The translations under genes and the position numbers were made by a program. Below, in pieces: positions 63,306 to 64,000 of a DNA stretch of 64,000 nucleotides. The stretch comes from Bacteroidota bacterium (GTDB lineage Bacteria > Bacteroidota > Bacteroidia > Bacteroidales > FEN-979): contig JAPLDK010000054.1 in the NCBI GenBank assembly GCA_026391775.1, positions 13,907 through 77,906 on the forward strand, written 5' to 3'. How positions within the stretch are numbered: the stretch's first letter is position 1; the number at the start of each line of letters is the position of its first letter. A model generated the notes under the pieces. It searched no databases, was not told the DNA's origin, and saw only the letters and a program-made list of their open reading frames with translations.

Positions 63306-64000
63306 GTGCAAAAGCTGAGATCCACCTTTCCATCGTTTCTGACGAGCATAGTCAACAGCTATACCCAGATCTTCTTCTCAAACAACAGGATCTTCGCGCT
63401 GATATTGATAGCGGTCACTTTTTTTGATGTGTGGGCCGGCCTGAGCGGTATCATTGCCGTAATGGTTTCCAATATCCTGGCATACCTCATCGGGTTCAAC
63501 CGTATCAATATCAAAAAGGGGTATTACGGGTTCAACAGCCTGCTTGTCGGCCTGGGGCTCGGAGTCTATTATCAGCCCGGCCTGCAGTTTTTCATCATCC
63601 TGCTGTTTGCGTCCTTACTCACACTTTTCCTCACGCTCTGGGTTGAAGGAGTGGTAGGCAAGTACGGGCTTCCCTTTCTAAGCCTCTCGTTTTTAATCGG
63701 GACATGGGGGGTTAGCCTGGCAGCAAGGCAGTTTACAGCTCTGCATGTGAGCGAGAGGGGCATCTTCATGACCAACGAGATGTTCAGCATGGGCGGCCAC
63801 AGCATGGTTAACTCTTACAACTGGCTTACCAACCTGGGGATCCATGATTCGATAAGGCTTTATTTCACCTCCCTCGGCGCAATCTTCTTCCAGTATCACC
63901 TTTTTGCAGGTATCCTGGTTGCCATCGGGCTGATCATCTATTCGCGCATAGCATTCGTACTTTCACTTCTGGGCTTCTTTTCAGCCTATGCCTATTACAA
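63306..64000 (+). CDS. Urea-transporter (UT/SLC14-like) family membrane protein, 3'-truncated by the window edge
   Basis: This ORF is not in the supplied track. My own translation from the GTG at 63306 is open to the last base: VQKLRSTFPSFLTSIVNSYTQIFFSNNRIFALILIAVTFFDVWAGLSGIIAVMVSNILAYLIGFN...GYYGFNSLLVGLGLGVYY...LPFLSLSFLIGTWGV... The SYxQIFF and GFNSLLVGLGLG segments and the helix pattern resemble UT-family proteins. It starts 29 nt after the decarboxylase stop. Confidence 0.6.
   Translation, partial: MQKLRSTFPSFLTSIVNSYTQIFFSNNRIFALILIAVTFFDVWAGLSGIIAVMVSNILAYLIGFNRINIKKGYYGFNSLLVGLGLGVYYQPGLQFFIILLFASLLTLFLTLWVEGVVGKYGLPFLSLSFLIGTWGVSLAARQFTALHVSERGIFMTNEMFSMGGHSMVNSYNWLTNLGIHDSIRLYFTSLGAIFFQYHLFAGILVAIGLIIYSRIAFVLSLLGFFSAYAYY

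Noticed and set aside
1-64000. Scan for rRNA, tRNA, CRISPR arrays and prophage or defence-system genes
   Set aside because: No tRNA-like T-arm/acceptor pattern appears in any intergenic gap, all of which are under 300 nt. No regularly spaced repeats were seen, and no nuclease, methylase or integrase motifs were recognised. Absence was judged by eye only and should be confirmed with tRNAscan-SE, Infernal, CRISPR finders and DefenseFinder.

Overview
The window reads as a Bacteroidota chromosome segment. Evidence for that placement: a T9SS-type C-terminal sorting domain on a secreted peptidase, recurrent TAnnTTTG -7 promoter boxes, and frequent short gene overlaps. I found no rRNA, tRNA, CRISPR array, transposase or integrase. 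Content in order: (1) 1-18.05 kb, a 5'-truncated hybrid NRPS-PKS-NRPS biosynthetic cluster on the + strand. Its layout is (A)-PCP-C-A-PCP, then KS-AT-KR-DH-ACP, a stand-alone enoyl reductase, C-A-PCP-TE, an Sfp-type PPTase, and a sharply AT-rich two-gene tail (TylF-like methyltransferase plus PLP decarboxylase). (2) 18-25.5 kb, ordinary genes: cold-shock protein with a clear terminator, GH3 glycosidase, typA, and a PAS hybrid histidine kinase. (3) 25.56-43.35 kb, the most unusual region: eleven tightly abutting or overlapping minus-strand genes. They encode four PQQ-like/BamB-like beta-propellers, an NHL propeller, a Tat-signal NapG/NapH-like polyferredoxin membrane protein, a NuoE/NuoF-like flavoprotein with a GltD-like Fe-S flavoprotein (no hydrogenase or formate dehydrogenase catalytic subunit), a GT4 glycosyltransferase and a LolD/FtsX-type ABC pair. 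I cannot assign this set to any described pathway. (4) 43.5-51.6 kb, ordinary genes: DEAD-box helicase, arfB, M28 peptidase with T9SS tail, patatin-like lipase with a barrel domain, and an ABC-F ATPase. (5) 51.6-57.9 kb: a minimal NrfC/NrfD-like module with a monoheme cytochrome c and no molybdopterin subunit. The NrfD carries a roughly 320-aa C-terminal extension. It sits divergent from an FNR-type regulator, with a TTGAC-N4-ATCAA palindrome between them. (6) 57.9-64 kb: a GT39-like membrane glycosyltransferase, an AraC regulator with a CxxC HMA-like N-terminus, and a compact operon of PqqD-like small protein, ATP-grasp ligase, PLP decarboxylase and a urea-transporter-family membrane protein. 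That last ORF is missing from the supplied ORF track and runs off the window. All calls rest on motifs read by eye; no database search was run.
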